DNA from: Octopus vulgaris | Taxonomy: Eukaryota | Assembly (NCBI GenBank): GCA_951406725.2 | Contig: OX597838.1 | Span: 9,300,001-9,364,000, forward strand | DNA: 64,000 nucleotides | Direction: 5' to 3' | In this document: one piece after another, positions 1-13,773 of the stretch | Position numbering within the stretch: the stretch's first letter is position 1 | How the letters are laid out: the number at the start of each line of letters is the position of its first letter | Notes under the pieces: generated by a model | Database searches by the model: none | What the model was told of the DNA's origin: nothing | What the model saw: only the letters and a program-made list of their open reading frames with translations | Position numbers and translations under genes: made by a program

Positions 1-225
1 ATGCTTGATCAGTCCAAGAGCCCGCACTTTACAATGCAACTATCATATGAGCTTCAACAAGCCTCTGAGACAAATCTTCGGAGGTGTGGAAGTTGAGAAC
101 CTACAACTCCATGTTTCTCTGATGGCCAGATACATGTTACATCTTAATGTGTTAGGACATAGAGATCTTTTCATCAGAATCCCGAACAGTAGAACAAAAA
201 ATATTGTATACCTCAAAACACGTGA
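1..225 (+). pseudogene. Decayed Helitron Rep/helicase (PIF1-like) C-terminus
   Basis: Across frameshifts it reads MSFNKPLRQ..., TPCFSDGQIHVTS*CV and LFIRIPNSRTKNIVY, matching the Helitron helicase tail pattern (M.INKSQGQ / PCFSHGQLYVA.SRV / TKNIVY). Confidence 0.7.
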
Positions 226-439
226 TGGACAAAGCACACTTCTTTTAGAATTGGTTTTGTTTTGCATATCATTTGAGACTTGCAAAGAAATTATAAAGAT
301 TATATTTTATTAAGTCATAAATTTAAAATGTCTCACATTAATGTCTCACACATCATAGAAAGCTGGAAAAAAAAGTCAGCTATAAACTTGTGTTTGCACC
401 ACAATATATCAAAATAATATATCTAAATATAATAGCTTA

Positions 440-1072
440 AAATTTCGGCACAAGATCAGCAATTATGAAGGAAAGAGTAAGTTGACTACATCTACTCCAC
501 TGTTCAAATGGTATTTATTTGATCATCTGAGTTCAAATTCCGCCGAGGTCGACTTTGCCTTTCATCCTTTCGGGGGTCGATTAAATAAGTACCAGTTACG
601 CACTGGGGTCGATATAATCGACTTAATCCGTTTGTCTGTCCTTGTTTGTCCCCTCTGTGTTTAGTCCCTTGTGGGTAGTAAAGAAATAGGTATTTCGCCC
701 GCCGCTATAAAGGCGGCGAGCTGGCAGAAACGTTAGCATGCCGGGCGAAATGCTTTGCCGTATTTCGTTTGCCGTTACGTTCTGAGTTCAAATTCCGCCG
801 AGGTCGACTTTGCCTTTCATCCTTTCGGGGGTCGATTAAATAAGTACCAGTTACGCACTGGGGTCGATATAATCGACTTAATCCGTTTGTCTGTCCTTGT
901 TTGTCCTCTCTGTGTTTAGCCCCTTGTGGGTAGTAAAGAAATAGGTATTTATTTGATCGAGTCTGAAAGGATGAAAGTGAAACTCGACCTCGACAGAATT
1001 TGAACTCAGAACGTAAAGTGCCGTTAGAAATCTCGTAAAGTATATTAACCGACTCAGCTAACGATTTTCTCA
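440..1072. mobile_element. Nested SINE family 1: an old antisense copy interrupted by a young sense dimer (525-943)
   Basis: Head GGCGGCGAGCTGGCAGAA at 711, B box GAGTTCAAATTCC, core GACTTTGCCTTTCATCCTTTCGGGGTCGAT. 15-bp TSD GGTATTTATTTGATC at 510-524 and 944-958. Confidence 0.85.
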
Positions 1073-1497
1073 TAAAAAATAAACACTCATAAAAATCATA
1101 ACAAATAATTTAAGTTTATATATGAAAATAAATTTGTTTCGATGTATTCAGACCCCAGGCAACGGCAGACATTTCTGTTTGTTTGTGTATGTGTGTGTGT
1201 GTGTGTGTGTGTTTGTGTTGTATGTGTGTGTGTGTGTGTGTGTATGTATGTGTGTTTGTGATTGTTTGTGTGCTTGTGAGTGTATGTTTGGGAATATATT
1301 TGTGTGTGAGTATGTGTCTGTGTCTGTGTGTGATTGTAGGCGTCGGCTTTGCGAGCGAGTCGACGAATAAATGAGTGAAAAATATTTGAAGGACAGAAGT
1401 AAAAGTGGGAGGAGAGTGAATCGGTAAGAGGGAAAGGGAGTAGGAAAAAGATGTAGAGGGGGAAGAGAGAGAGAGAGAGTGGGTGACTGAGAGATAG

Positions 1498-1552
<55 letters not shown>

Positions 1553-2029
1553 AATAGTGAAAAAACAAAGGTCGAAAAATCGAAGTGACTTCGATAGATG
1601 GAAATGGGAATATCTTAGAGGTGAAGGAAAAGGGGGAATGAAAGAACGAAAGAGGGTGATGAAGATGAAGATGAAGGCGATAGAGCGGCGTTCATGTTCA
1701 ACTTTCCGCCATGCTGAGTTTTATGAGGAGAACAGCCATGAACGCGTGGAACCGACTAAAAGTGCAACAGGAATATATACATGGAATGTATATATTATTG
1801 AGTGCAAGTGTACTAATGCCGGTGATCGTAAACCTGTGACGCAGTATCGATGTTTAATCTGTTGTAAATTGCAAAGGGGTCAAAATAACAAATTGGCAGA
1901 TGAGGGGCTGAACGTTAAGATGGATTTGCCGTTCGATGTTTGAGTTTGAGATCTGAGTTCGAACCCTACTGATGTTAACGTCGGCCATTTACACCCTTCG
2001 TTGAGTTCACCATTGAAGAAACGTTCATG

Positions 2030-2636
2030 AACTGACGAGCTGGCGGAACCGTTAGCACGCCGGGCGAAATGCGTAGCCGTATTTCGTCTGCCGTTACGTT
2101 CTGAGTTCAAATCCCGCCGAGGTCGACTTTGCTTTTCATCCTTTCGGAGTCGATAAATTAAGTACTAGTTTTGCACTGGGGTCGATGTAATCGACTTAAT
2201 ACCTAGGTCTGTCCTTGTTTTTCCCCTCTATGTTTAGCCCCTTGTGGGTAATAAAGAAATAGAAATAGATACTTCGTCTGCCGCTACGTTCTGAGTTCAA
2301 ATTCGACTTTGCTTTTCATCCTTTCGGGGTCGATAAATTAAGTACCAGTTACGCACTGGGGTCGATGTAATTGACTTAATACCTATGTCTGTCCTTGTTT
2401 GTCCCCTCTATGTTTCGCCCCTTGTGGGTAATAAAGAAATAGAAATAGATACTTCGTCTGCCGCTACGTTCTGAGTTCAAATTCCGCCGAGGTCGACTTT
2501 GCTTTTCATCCTTTCGGGGTCGATAAATTAAGTACTAGTTTTGCACTGGGGTCGATACATAATCGACTTAATCCGTTTGTCTGTCCTTGTTTGTCCCCTC
2601 TATGTTTATCCCCTTGTGGGTAATAAAGAAATAGGT
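2030..2636 (+). mobile_element. SINE family 1: one head plus three tandem B-box/core/tail units
   Basis: Three repeats of TCTGAGTTCAAAT...CATCCTTTCGG...GCCCCTTGTGGGTAATAAAGAAATAG (minor variants), each about 170-180 bp. Confidence 0.85.
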
Positions 2637-2994
2637 ATTTTTCACTCGCATTCTCTGCCTCGCAGTTGTACCTGCAAGGTCCGAAGGGTCAGTCCTCTTT
2701 CTCTATGAGTACACAAACACCCCAAGAGGGTGGGCCAAAACTCACGACCCAAAACGTTTTCACATATTAATGTAATAAGTTGGTATTGCTATTTTCTAAG
2801 GTATCGAGTAGGCGCACAATCGTTAGCACGCCAAGTAAAAGGCTCCGCGGCATTTCATCTGTCCTTATGCTCTGAGTTCAAATTCCGCCGAAGTCAACTT
2901 TGCCTTTCATCCTTTTTAGGATCGATGAAATACGAACCAGTTTAACACTAGGATCAATCTTATCGACTAGCCTTTAGTAGAAAGAATTATTGTT

Positions 2995-3439
2995 ATTATC
3001 AACTTTTTCAAGTTTCACTTGAAAAGGAAGATGAGGTTAGAGAGGAGAGTGCTGTCTGACAGCAAGTTTTTTGAAAGGTGGGTGAATTGTGCAAGAATGT
3101 CCAGTATAAATGGACCAATTCTGATGTTTCGCCTGTAATTGAAAAAGGTATTATAAAAGGAGAAAGGGGCTCTCTACTCCCATTTTGACCAGGTTCCCGT
3201 GGCTTTTATGGGTTTTTCCACGTGAGACCTCTTCTTTTTTTCGAAGCGTCTCCTCTATTGGGAGTTTTTCGTTGTTAAAATTTTTGATTGTTAAACTGCT
3301 TTTTACTCGTTTTTGTTTTCACAAACGGACAAAACCTTTTGTGACCTTTCGTCCTGTTTTGTCCCTTTATGTTTTCCAATTATATTTGTCAGCCCTTGTG
3401 GCCAATAAAAAGAATTAATTATTATTATTATTATTATTA
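2995..3439 (+). mobile_element. 3' fragment of a Tx1/L1-like non-LTR retrotransposon
   Basis: 3001-3138 translates NFFKFHLKRKMRLERRVLSDSKFFERWVNCARMSSINGPILMFRL*, resembling Tx1 ORF2 C-termini (F..L..R.R.E...F..RW). It is followed by a T-rich 3' UTR, AATAAA and an (ATT)n tail. Confidence 0.55.
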
Positions 3440-3509
3440 CTAGGCACACAGCGATTTTTTTTTCTATCCGAAGGTTTTTAAACTCAACATTTACATGATA
3501 GTATTTATA

Positions 3510-3930
3510 GCTTTACTCTTTTACTCTTTTACTTGTTTTCAGTCATTTGACTGTGGCCATGCTGGAGCACCACCTTTTTAGTCGAGCAAATCGACCCCAG
3601 GACTTATTCTTTGTAAGCCTAGTACTTATTCTATCGGTCTCTTTTGCCGAACCGCTAAATTACGGGGACGTAAACACACCAGCATCGGTTGTCAAGCGAT
3701 GTTGTGGGGGACAAACACAGACACACAAACATATACACATACACACATATATATATACATATATACAACGGGCTTCTTTCAGTTTCCGTCTACCAAATCC
3801 ACTCACAAGGCTTTGGTCGGCCCGAGGCTATAGTAGAAGACACTTGCCCAAAGTGCCACGCAGTGGGACTGAACCCGGAACCATGTGGTTGGTAAGCAAG
3901 CTACTTACCACACAGCCACTCCTACGCCTT
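3510..3930 (-). mobile_element. SINE family 2 (tRNA head, CORE-like CTTGGGCAAGTGTCTT, internal TA/TG microsatellite, GAGTAAAA tail)
   Basis: Reverse complement of the element at 30160-30610. Resembles octopus CORE-type SINEs; exact family not verified. Confidence 0.85.
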
Positions 3931-4005
3931 ATCTATTATATCAAAATAGCTTATAATAGCTTTATCTATTATATGAAAATATGTTCCAATTTTTTTTTCA
4001 GTCAT

Positions 4006-4316
4006 TAGACTGGGTCTTTGAAGAAAAGTTCCCTTCGAAGGCGCAAGTCCGAGCAAGGTTGCTTATGGAAGACCAGCAGTTGCCCATGCATACCAGCCAC
4101 AACATGCCACTGACGTTATCCAATGGAAAGGAAAAGGTCGATACGGCGTGGCACCAGTGATGTCGCAACTCATTTCTACACTTGAGTGAACTGGAGCAAC
4201 GTGAAATAAAAAAGTCTTGCTCAAGAACACAACACACAGCCCGGCCCGGGAATTGAACTCACTACCTCATGATTGCGAGCCCGATGCTCTAACAACTGAG
4301 CTATGGGCCTTCACAC
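4006..4316 (-). mobile_element. SINE family 4 (tRNA head, TTGTGTTCTTGAGCAAG central domain)
   Basis: Minus strand has A box TAGCTCAGTTGTTAGAGC and B box GAGTTCAATTCCC. Homologous copy at 28965-29276; partial copies at about 11850-11965 and 21775-21895. Confidence 0.75.
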
Positions 4317-4478
4317 ACGTACAGAAGAGAGCTTGTATGGTTCTGTCTGTTAGACAACGCCCCACGCAAACATAATTATTATCTAATATTTATTTTAATT
4401 TTGTGTTTTTACAAACTTGACGTTTATAAGCGGATCTATTAGAACACCACCGGTCCACAAATTTCAGTTACGCCCGTC

Positions 4479-4935
<457 letters not shown>

Positions 4936-5169
4936 GAATGTGTGTATTATGTTTTTGCTGTTTTTATGACAACAAAAAGCCGAAACCGAAAGAATGATCT
5001 ATAAATACCCCGCCTCAAAGGCGGGGTAGTTTTTGTTATATATATATCAGAAATATTAGTTGATCGCTACAAAAGTACTATTGTTTCACTCCTACATTCA
5101 GATTCTTCTGATTGGCAGTATAATCTCGTAAGTGGAAAACAATACTACATTTTTATAGTAATTCTATAT

Positions 5170-5211
<42 letters not shown>

Positions 5212-5337
5212 CACGCACACACACACATAGACATATACCTACACATGTGAACATACGAAGAGAACGATAGACAGACAAACTAACAGATAGAACGGACTGG
5301 CAAACAAACAGGGATAGATAGATATATATATATATAT

Positions 5338-5479
<142 letters not shown>

Positions 5480-6186
5480 TATAATCGATCTTCGTTGTTC
5501 GACGTTTAGGATTAAATTCTTTGATCAACCGCATTATTTACTCCGGAATGAATGTGTAAGTAGCTAAGAACTCCTCTGACACGAGTATCGTTAACGTAAT
5601 TCTCTGGCAGAATCAGTGCGACACAGTGTATCCTTGTATTTACTTATATAAGCCACCCGATGAACTTCTGTTCGGTTTTACTCTGACAACTTTCACTCGC
5701 AAAATATGTGCGAACCCGTGTCTATAGAAAATGATATTAGTCTGAAATGCCTCGGAGTGAGAGAGCCCGGAACCTCTTCGTTCTGAAGCTAACATCTTAT
5801 GCATTCGCCCAGCAATCATAGGCAAGATTCTATGCAGAAAACCAGCAAGTTAGCTAGCCATATCAGGAACTTGAAGAGCAACTGTATTCCCCACACATCA
5901 AGTGCAGCGTCGTAAAACGATCGACACCACACGTTGATGGGTTAAGGAAGTGAAAGCGTTGTATAACCGAATGGAATCGTATTGTTTATTTTAAATCTAA
6001 GAAATCCACCTCTCTTCTGGGGATTGAGGGCTGGTTCTTTTATTTTTACGGAGATGTACTTGCATAGCAAGTGATTTGATCTGAGATCGTGTGCTGAAAC
6101 GAAAACAATTGCAGTGTGGAAGGTGTTTGTAAGCCATTTAAGAAACACACAAAAGCCGTTCGATTCACTTCAACATTTAAGTTTAA

Positions 6187-6288
6187 TTTGTCAAAATATT
6201 TTCGTCGCTTTAAGACCGCGACCTGTTCACTGACAAAAATCCGTGATGCAGTGAACAGGTCGCGGTCTTAAAGCGACGAAAATATTTT
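6187..6288 (-). ncRNA. Candidate minimal type I hammerhead ribozyme (G3-C8 core variant) in a 40-bp inverted repeat
   Basis: Minus strand: TTTGTCA-GTGAACA-G-GTCGC(ggtcttaaa)GCGAC-GAAA-ATAT-TT-TGACAAA. Inverted arms at 6193-6232 and 6249-6288. Confidence 0.55.
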
Positions 6289-6650
6289 ATATGTATACGT
6301 ATTGGTGTTGTATTTAAGGAATTTAAAGAGAGACACATATTTCCAATAAAACAGCACACCTCGGTTTTATTTCCCGTCTCTTTGTTCGGTCAACTAGTTA
6401 GTCGATTAATTAATTAATTAATTAATTAATTAATTAATCAATTAATTAAAACTAACAGATATAAATAGAGATATTAAAATATCTGCCTATCGATTCTGTA
6501 GATTTGGAATGTTTCACTGAACATGTTTTAAGATATCGGACACCATCTTGGCATTAACGTTCATATAGATCAAGACTTCGCATTGTGTAGAGACTGAAAG
6601 ACGGCAGAGTAATTTACACACATACATACATGTATATATACATACATGTA

Positions 6651-6798
<148 letters not shown>

Positions 6799-7021
6799 CA
6801 TATATCTATATATATATATGTATACATATATATATATGTATGAATATAGATGAATAATTGAGTAGTTGAATTAATTATCTTATTATGGATAATTCGGTTA
6901 ACCGATGCCTGGGTAGCAAATTCACGTCAGAAAAACACGGTTGAAGCTGAATATATATATATATACATATATATGTATACATATAAATATATATATATGA
7001 TTCTACTTACACACACACACA

Positions 7022-7112
<91 letters not shown>

Positions 7113-7236
7113 AATTATGTATGCTTCGTGTCTGCTGTCAGGATTTGTGTAACTGTACACAGTCTCTTCTCTTCTATGTCAATATGTCCTCTTGCTTAGC
7201 TATCAGTCTCGTCCCAACTCGTTTCACTTTCAGTTT

Positions 7237-7296
<60 letters not shown>

Positions 7297-7597
7297 ATCT
7301 ATCTATCTCTTTCTTTCTTTACCTTTTCCTTTCTTCACGACAATTCATATCTGCTATTGACAGTAAGAAAGTCAGACATACTTATGCAAGAAGACGAAGA
7401 CATCGATTGAACAATGGAATACACATATATTCATATATATACAAATACATATATAATCATACATAGACACAGATACGCACATAAACACACACACACATAT
7501 GTAAGCACATATATATACATACATACATACACATACATATATGCATATATGTAAGTACATATATCTATATACCTACGTAAATATATATACATGTATC

Positions 7598-7647
<50 letters not shown>

Positions 7648-7664
7648 AAAACATACATCTATGT

Positions 7665-7724
7665 ATCATCATCATCATCATCATCATCATCACCATCATC
7701 ACCATCATCACCATCATCACCATC

Positions 7725-7770
<46 letters not shown>

Positions 7771-7891
7771 CCATCATCGCCATTATCATCGTCATCATCA
7801 TCATCATCATCACCACCACCACCACCACCATCATCGTCGTCGTCGTCGTCGTCATCATTACCATCATCATCATCATCACCATCATCATCAC

Positions 7892-7932
<41 letters not shown>

Positions 7933-8047
7933 CCATCATCACCATCATCGTCATCATCACCATCATCATCACCATCACCATCATCATCATCGTCATCATC
8001 ACCATCATCATCACCATCACCATCATCATCATCATCACCATCATCAC

Positions 8048-8093
<46 letters not shown>

Positions 8094-8110
8094 AACAGCA
8101 ACAACAACCT
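7665..8110. repeat. Compound (CAT/CAC/CGT/CAG)n trinucleotide tract
   Basis: Direct observation. Similar tracts at 12283-12700, 12915-13320, 51260-51672, 56635-57050 and 62530-62797. Confidence 0.95.
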
Positions 8111-9004
8111 CATCAATTGTACTTATCAGCATCGTCGCCAGGTTATTTATAAACGTTCCAATGAATGTATAATCGATGTAAACACCTGCTGTGGCGACGA
8201 TCTATCAGCGAGATGCACTATGCTGGATAGCAGGTACTTTCTCTCGAATGCTAGGTGTGTATGTGTGTGTGTGTGTGTGTGCGCATGTGCGACTTTATAT
8301 TTGCGTATGTGTATGTGTGTGTGTGTGAGTTTCTAATGAGTGTGCGTATGTGTTTGCGTACGAATGCGTTGTGAACGTTATATTAGAAAAAAAACTACAT
8401 AAGTATAAACGAAATACGGTAGATTAGTGCACGTGTGTTTTATACACAATATATATATATACACATATGTATATATACATACATACATATGTGTGTGTGT
8501 TTGTTCATGCATGCGTGCGTGTGTGTGGTGTGGTATGTGTGTGTGTCTATATATATATTGATGTATATGCACAGATTCACAAACACGTATACACGTGTGT
8601 GTGTATGTATGTATGTATGTATGTATGTATGTATGTATGTATGTACGTATGTATGTATATATGTATGTATGTATATATGAATGTATGTATGTATGTATGT
8701 ATGTACGTATGTATGTACGTACGTACGTATGTATGTATGTATGAATGTATGTATGTTTATATGTATGTATGTATGTATGTATGAATGTATGTATGTGTTG
8801 ATCTGCTGTTGAGTAACGATCCGGCGAAGATGGTACTCAATACGAACATATAGAACAGCAGTTTATTTAAACCTGTCACTTTGCAGTTTCCATGACTTGC
8901 AACAGTTTTTTTTTTCCAATCAAATCTCTCTGAGGTAAAAGACGTGTCATACCATCTCGATGAAGAACGCACTGACGAATGACAAAATACATACATTACT
9001 AATA

Positions 9005-9402
9005 GACCCAAATTTTGCCTCAAGGCCAGAAGTTTAGCGGGAGGGAAAAAGTCGATTTATTCGAACCCAGTTCTCAACTGGTACTTCTTTTATCGACACC
9101 AAAAGGATGAAAAGCAAAGTCGCCCTCGGCGGAATTTGAACTCAGATCTTAAGGACGGATGAAATACCTATTTCTTTACTACCCACAAGGGGCTAAACAC
9201 AGAGGGGACAAACAAGGACAGACATAGGTATTAAGTCGATTACATCGACCCCAGTGCGTAACTGGTACTTAATTTATCGACCCCCGAAAGGATGAAAGGC
9301 AAAGTCGCCCTCGGCGGAATTTGAACTCAGATCCTAAGGACGGATGAAATACCACTATGCATTTCATTCGGCGTGCTACCGATTCTGCCAGCTCTCCGCC
9401 TT
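9005..9402 (-). mobile_element. SINE family 1: young tail-A unit inserted in an older copy
   Basis: The segment GTATTTCATCCGTCCTTA(G/A)GATCTGAGTTCAAATTCCGCCGAGGGCGAC is duplicated with shared private variants, and the two units have different tails. Confidence 0.8.
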
Positions 9403-9600
9403 AATACACACATAAAATAACAACAATATTAAAAATGAGTAGTTGTATACTGTCAACTTAATGTGACAGTCCCATGAAGGGAATCACACTACTGCTGTTT
9501 AGCCCTAGGAAGCAGCAACACTTCCTGTCGGCCTTAACACATTTCCTGTGTCCTTATGTTTACAAGGGGGAGATAAGCACCTCCACCCGGCTAAGCCTGC

Positions 9601-9646
9601 ACCCAGGGGCTAGTTTCTGAGTCTTTGCTCTTCATCAGTCTGGGGT
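9601..9646 (-). ncRNA. Degenerate hammerhead-like motif
   Basis: Minus strand: CCCAG-a-CTGATGA-a-GAG(caaaga)CTC-a-GAAA-CTAG-cc-c-CTGGG. The core is canonical but the NUH cleavage site is lost. Confidence 0.3.
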
Positions 9647-11174
9647 ATCATGGCCTGCTAGTTGGAGATGTCTATCGAGCCCTTATAATTTTAATAAAAG
9701 GGATAAAGCCAATAATAATAATAATAGTCATTCTTACTACAAAAGGCACAAGGCCTGAAATTTTGAAGGGAGGGGACCAGTCGATTACATCAACCCCAGT
9801 GTTTCACTGGTACTTAATTTATCGACCCTTAATCGATGAATGACAAAGTCGCCCTCGGCGGAATTTAAACTCAGAACGTGAAGACGAAATGCCGCTAAGT
9901 ATTTCGCCTGGCGTGTTAACGATTCAGCCAGCACACTGCTTTAACTTTCAATTTATATTACAAGCAAATATAAATGGCAGAGAGGCCTTCAATCGTTGTG
10001 CTTTTGTAGTATATTATTTGTGTCGGAATATGATTGGATGCAAGAACGTTTTTATCTGTTCCATATTCGATGTGCATCTGATTCATGTAATACATTTTAT
10101 GTGTGATTTGTGTATAGTCAATCACCGTAGTGTTTGATACCTATATATTGTATTGAACTTTCTTGTGTATAGTTCTCTTGTTTGATACACAAAGTTGTTT
10201 GTATAACTGCTTTCTTTTATTAGTATTTCTTTAAATTTTCTTTATTTTGTACGTATCTTTGTTCAGTGCTTCGTTTGTGGAGTAGAAATCTGAATGATCT
10301 TTTAAGTAGAGTTATTTACCACTGACATTTAATATCTGCACAGATATTCTTCTGTCTTCGAGTAAATGCGGGCAGTTAATCGTGTCTTTATTGTAGACGG
10401 ACGTGATATATCTGTTAAATTGTTCTCTTATTTTTTGCCGTTGTTGTTCTTTTTTCTATAATTTTATTTTTGCTGTTTATTTCCAGAAACGAAGTTCTTA
10501 CATTCATATGGATTTTATTCAGCCTGTTTAGTTATTAGGTTTTAGTGCAGAACTTTTTTTCTAGGTTATCCTTTAATCTAACTACATCTTCCAATCTTTC
10601 CATTATGACAACTGTATCATCAATATACCTGGTTTATAGCATGTTTATGCTTTGGCATCCTCTCATTTTCTATTGTGGACAAGTTGGTTGTAGCAGACTT
10701 GAAGTCTAGAAGAGAAACCATGTCTCCTCCCGCCTCGTGTTCATAGAACGTGTTTTGTAATAACGAGACGATATGTCTTTTATACAAGATACTGATAATG
10801 TCCTCAGCATCTTAACTGGTATGGTGGATGTCTAGATACGATGTTGATATAACATGCTAATATCAACCACTTCATCTAGAACAGTGATTTCCAATCATTT
10901 TTTTTATTTATGGACCCTTTGGTTCCTATTTTAATCGGGTGGATCTTTATAACCATCTGATATTTTAAAAAATACCATAATATTTTCATAATCAAATTTT
11001 GTTCGGAATTGTATAACAGAAATATTAAAATAGCCTTTACAATGTAGAAATATAAACAGTTTAGTGAAAAAGAATAATTACATTGTAAATTCTACACCAC
11101 TGAAAACATATTAAGACGCTTAGATCAAAAATTTTGAAAATTAGAGGTGTCTATTTACTTCTTTCCTGGCTGTA

Positions 11175-11231
<57 letters not shown>

Positions 11232-11334
11232 TCGCATGTATAAAACTTATTTTTTTGATAAACTCTCTAAAAATGCTTTATAGATTGTTTCATGTATAAA
11301 ACTTAGATAAACTTAGATATGATTGGTCCAAGTC

Positions 11335-11645
11335 ATGTCTAACTTAATAGCACCACCTGATAGGATTATCTAGATCCTGTTTAAGTCAAGTTTTGTTTAT
11401 GGTCCATTCATGTAGTGAGTTCTTGTTGAGTGAGTTGTATCCAATTATGGGTGGCTTATCTGGTATTCCTTGAAGAAATCTGTCCAGACTCCGTTTAAAG
11501 GTGATGTGATCCTTTTCCTCTTTGATCTCTTTCGGGTCAATGTTAAACAGGGCAGGGCCTGTTGAGGAAAATAATTTATGTCGCAGTGTACCTAGATGCT
11601 GTGGTCCTAAATTGGGCAGGGGACGTATGTCTCGTGGTCCCAGCC
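11335..11645 (-). mobile_element. CR1/L2-group LINE 3' end
   Basis: Translates ...STGPALFNIDPKEIKE...FKRSLDRFLQGIPDKP..., a typical CR1/L2-group ORF2 C-terminal pattern. The 5' truncation abuts (TG)n. Confidence 0.65.
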
Positions 11646-11980
11646 TTGGTTGTGTGTCTATGTATGTGTGTGTGTGTGTGTGTTTGTGTATGATGGACTT
11701 TCTCATTGAAGCTTTTGCCGAACGACCTACACAAATGGTTTGTTTATAGTGATCAGATGTTCGTGCTCCACATTAGCTCACTCTTTCCATCAAATTGACG
11801 TTGTCTGAAAAGGTGACGCTGTGTGCCACGCGTCAGGTGTCAAAGTCATCGCAAAGCAACGTGAGATGAAGTATCTTGCTCAAGAACACAACGCACCACC
11901 CAGTCTAGGAATTGAAATCGCGAACTAGCGATCGTGAGTACAACACCCTAACCAGTAGCCCATGCACCCTCACATGTATG

Positions 11981-12045
<65 letters not shown>

Positions 12046-12443
12046 GTATATGTATAGATACTCATATACATGCATACAAACACACAGACATACACACAAA
12101 TACACACACATACACACACACACACATACACATACACGCATGCTCACACATATATCACACACTTACATACAGATATCGGCTTAATGAGTTTGCCAACTGC
12201 AGAACCCAATCCTTAACAAGATGCGTTATCTCCGAAAAGGAGTCTTGCACGAACCAGATGGTGTTTAAACAGAGGTTACAAGTGGGTGGTGGTGGTGGTG
12301 GTGGTGGTGGTGGTGATGGTGGTGGTGATGGTGGTGGTGTTTGCGGCGGCGATGGCGGTGGTAGTGGTGGTAGTCGTTTCGGAGGTGGTGGCGGCGACGA
12401 AAAAGATAATAGACAGAGGCGACGACGACGACGATGGTGGTGG

Positions 12444-12514
<71 letters not shown>

Positions 12515-12913
12515 ATGATGATGATGATGATGATGTCGATGCTGTTGATGAAGATGACGACGAGGGCGACAATGACGGCAACGACAACGACGATGATGAT
12601 GATGATGGTGATGATGATCATGATAATTATCATGATGATGATGATGACGATAACAATGATGATGGTGATGATCTTGATGATGAGGAGGATGATGATAAGA
12701 ATGGGGGAGCGGTCGTCGTTGTGACGCATTTGATAGTGACACTGGTACAGGATGTTGTCGGCGTTGTCCTGGTGACGATAACGAAGGTTATGATTACGTA
12801 GAAGGGAGAGAGGGGGGTGGATGGTTGGAGGAGAGGAAGGAAGAAGGAAAAAAAGAAAGGAAGAAAGAAGGTAAAGAACAAGAACAACAGCAAAAACAAA
12901 AGCAACAAAAACA

Positions 12914-12975
<62 letters not shown>

Positions 12976-13051
12976 AAGAAGAAGAAGAAAAGATGATGAT
13001 GAAGAAGATGATGATGAAGAAGATGATGAAGAAGATGATGATGAAGAAGAA

Positions 13052-13094
<43 letters not shown>

Positions 13095-13280
13095 GTGATG
13101 TTGATGATAAAGAAGAAGAAGAAGAAGAAGATGATGATGATGATGATGATGATGATGAAGATGATGATGATGATGATGATGATAATGATGATGAAGAAGA
13201 AGATGATGATGATGATGATGAAGAAGAAGAAGAACAGGATGAAGAAGAAGAACAGGATGAAGAGCAGCAGCAGCAGCAGC

Positions 13281-13311
<31 letters not shown>

Positions 13312-13580
13312 CTGACAGCAATAGCAGCAAGCATAAGAAGAACGGGAACACAAAGAGGCGGGCGAAATAAAGGAAGCCTTGTCGCAGCTATCTGCCTGGC
13401 CCACGTGACACATCTCCTCACACGGCTGCATTATTTTTTTGCTGAGATCTCTCTTGTTATACGAGAGGTGTGGCCATATTGAGGGAAGGTTTTTATGGCC
13501 GAAAGATAGAGAAAAGGTTAGTGAAACAGACCTCGCCATATCGTTATCATTTAGGCGGTGTGTGTTTTGTGTGTGCGTGT

Positions 13581-13655
<75 letters not shown>

Positions 13656-13669
13656 TGTATGTGTGTTTG

Positions 13670-13773
<104 letters not shown>

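Noticed and set aside
5006-5036. Rho-independent terminator
   Set aside because: The shape fits, but the DNA is animal genomic and there is no upstream bacterial-type gene.
7541-8336. Long poly-His/Ser/Ile/Asp ORFs (also 12265-13911, 50153-50911, 54288-54923 and others)
   Set aside because: The frames stay open only because simple repeats lack stops; there is no domain content or credible gene structure.
9980-10860. Strand-biased stretch that may be an old LINE or exon
   Set aside because: No recognisable protein motif or sustained frame by eye.
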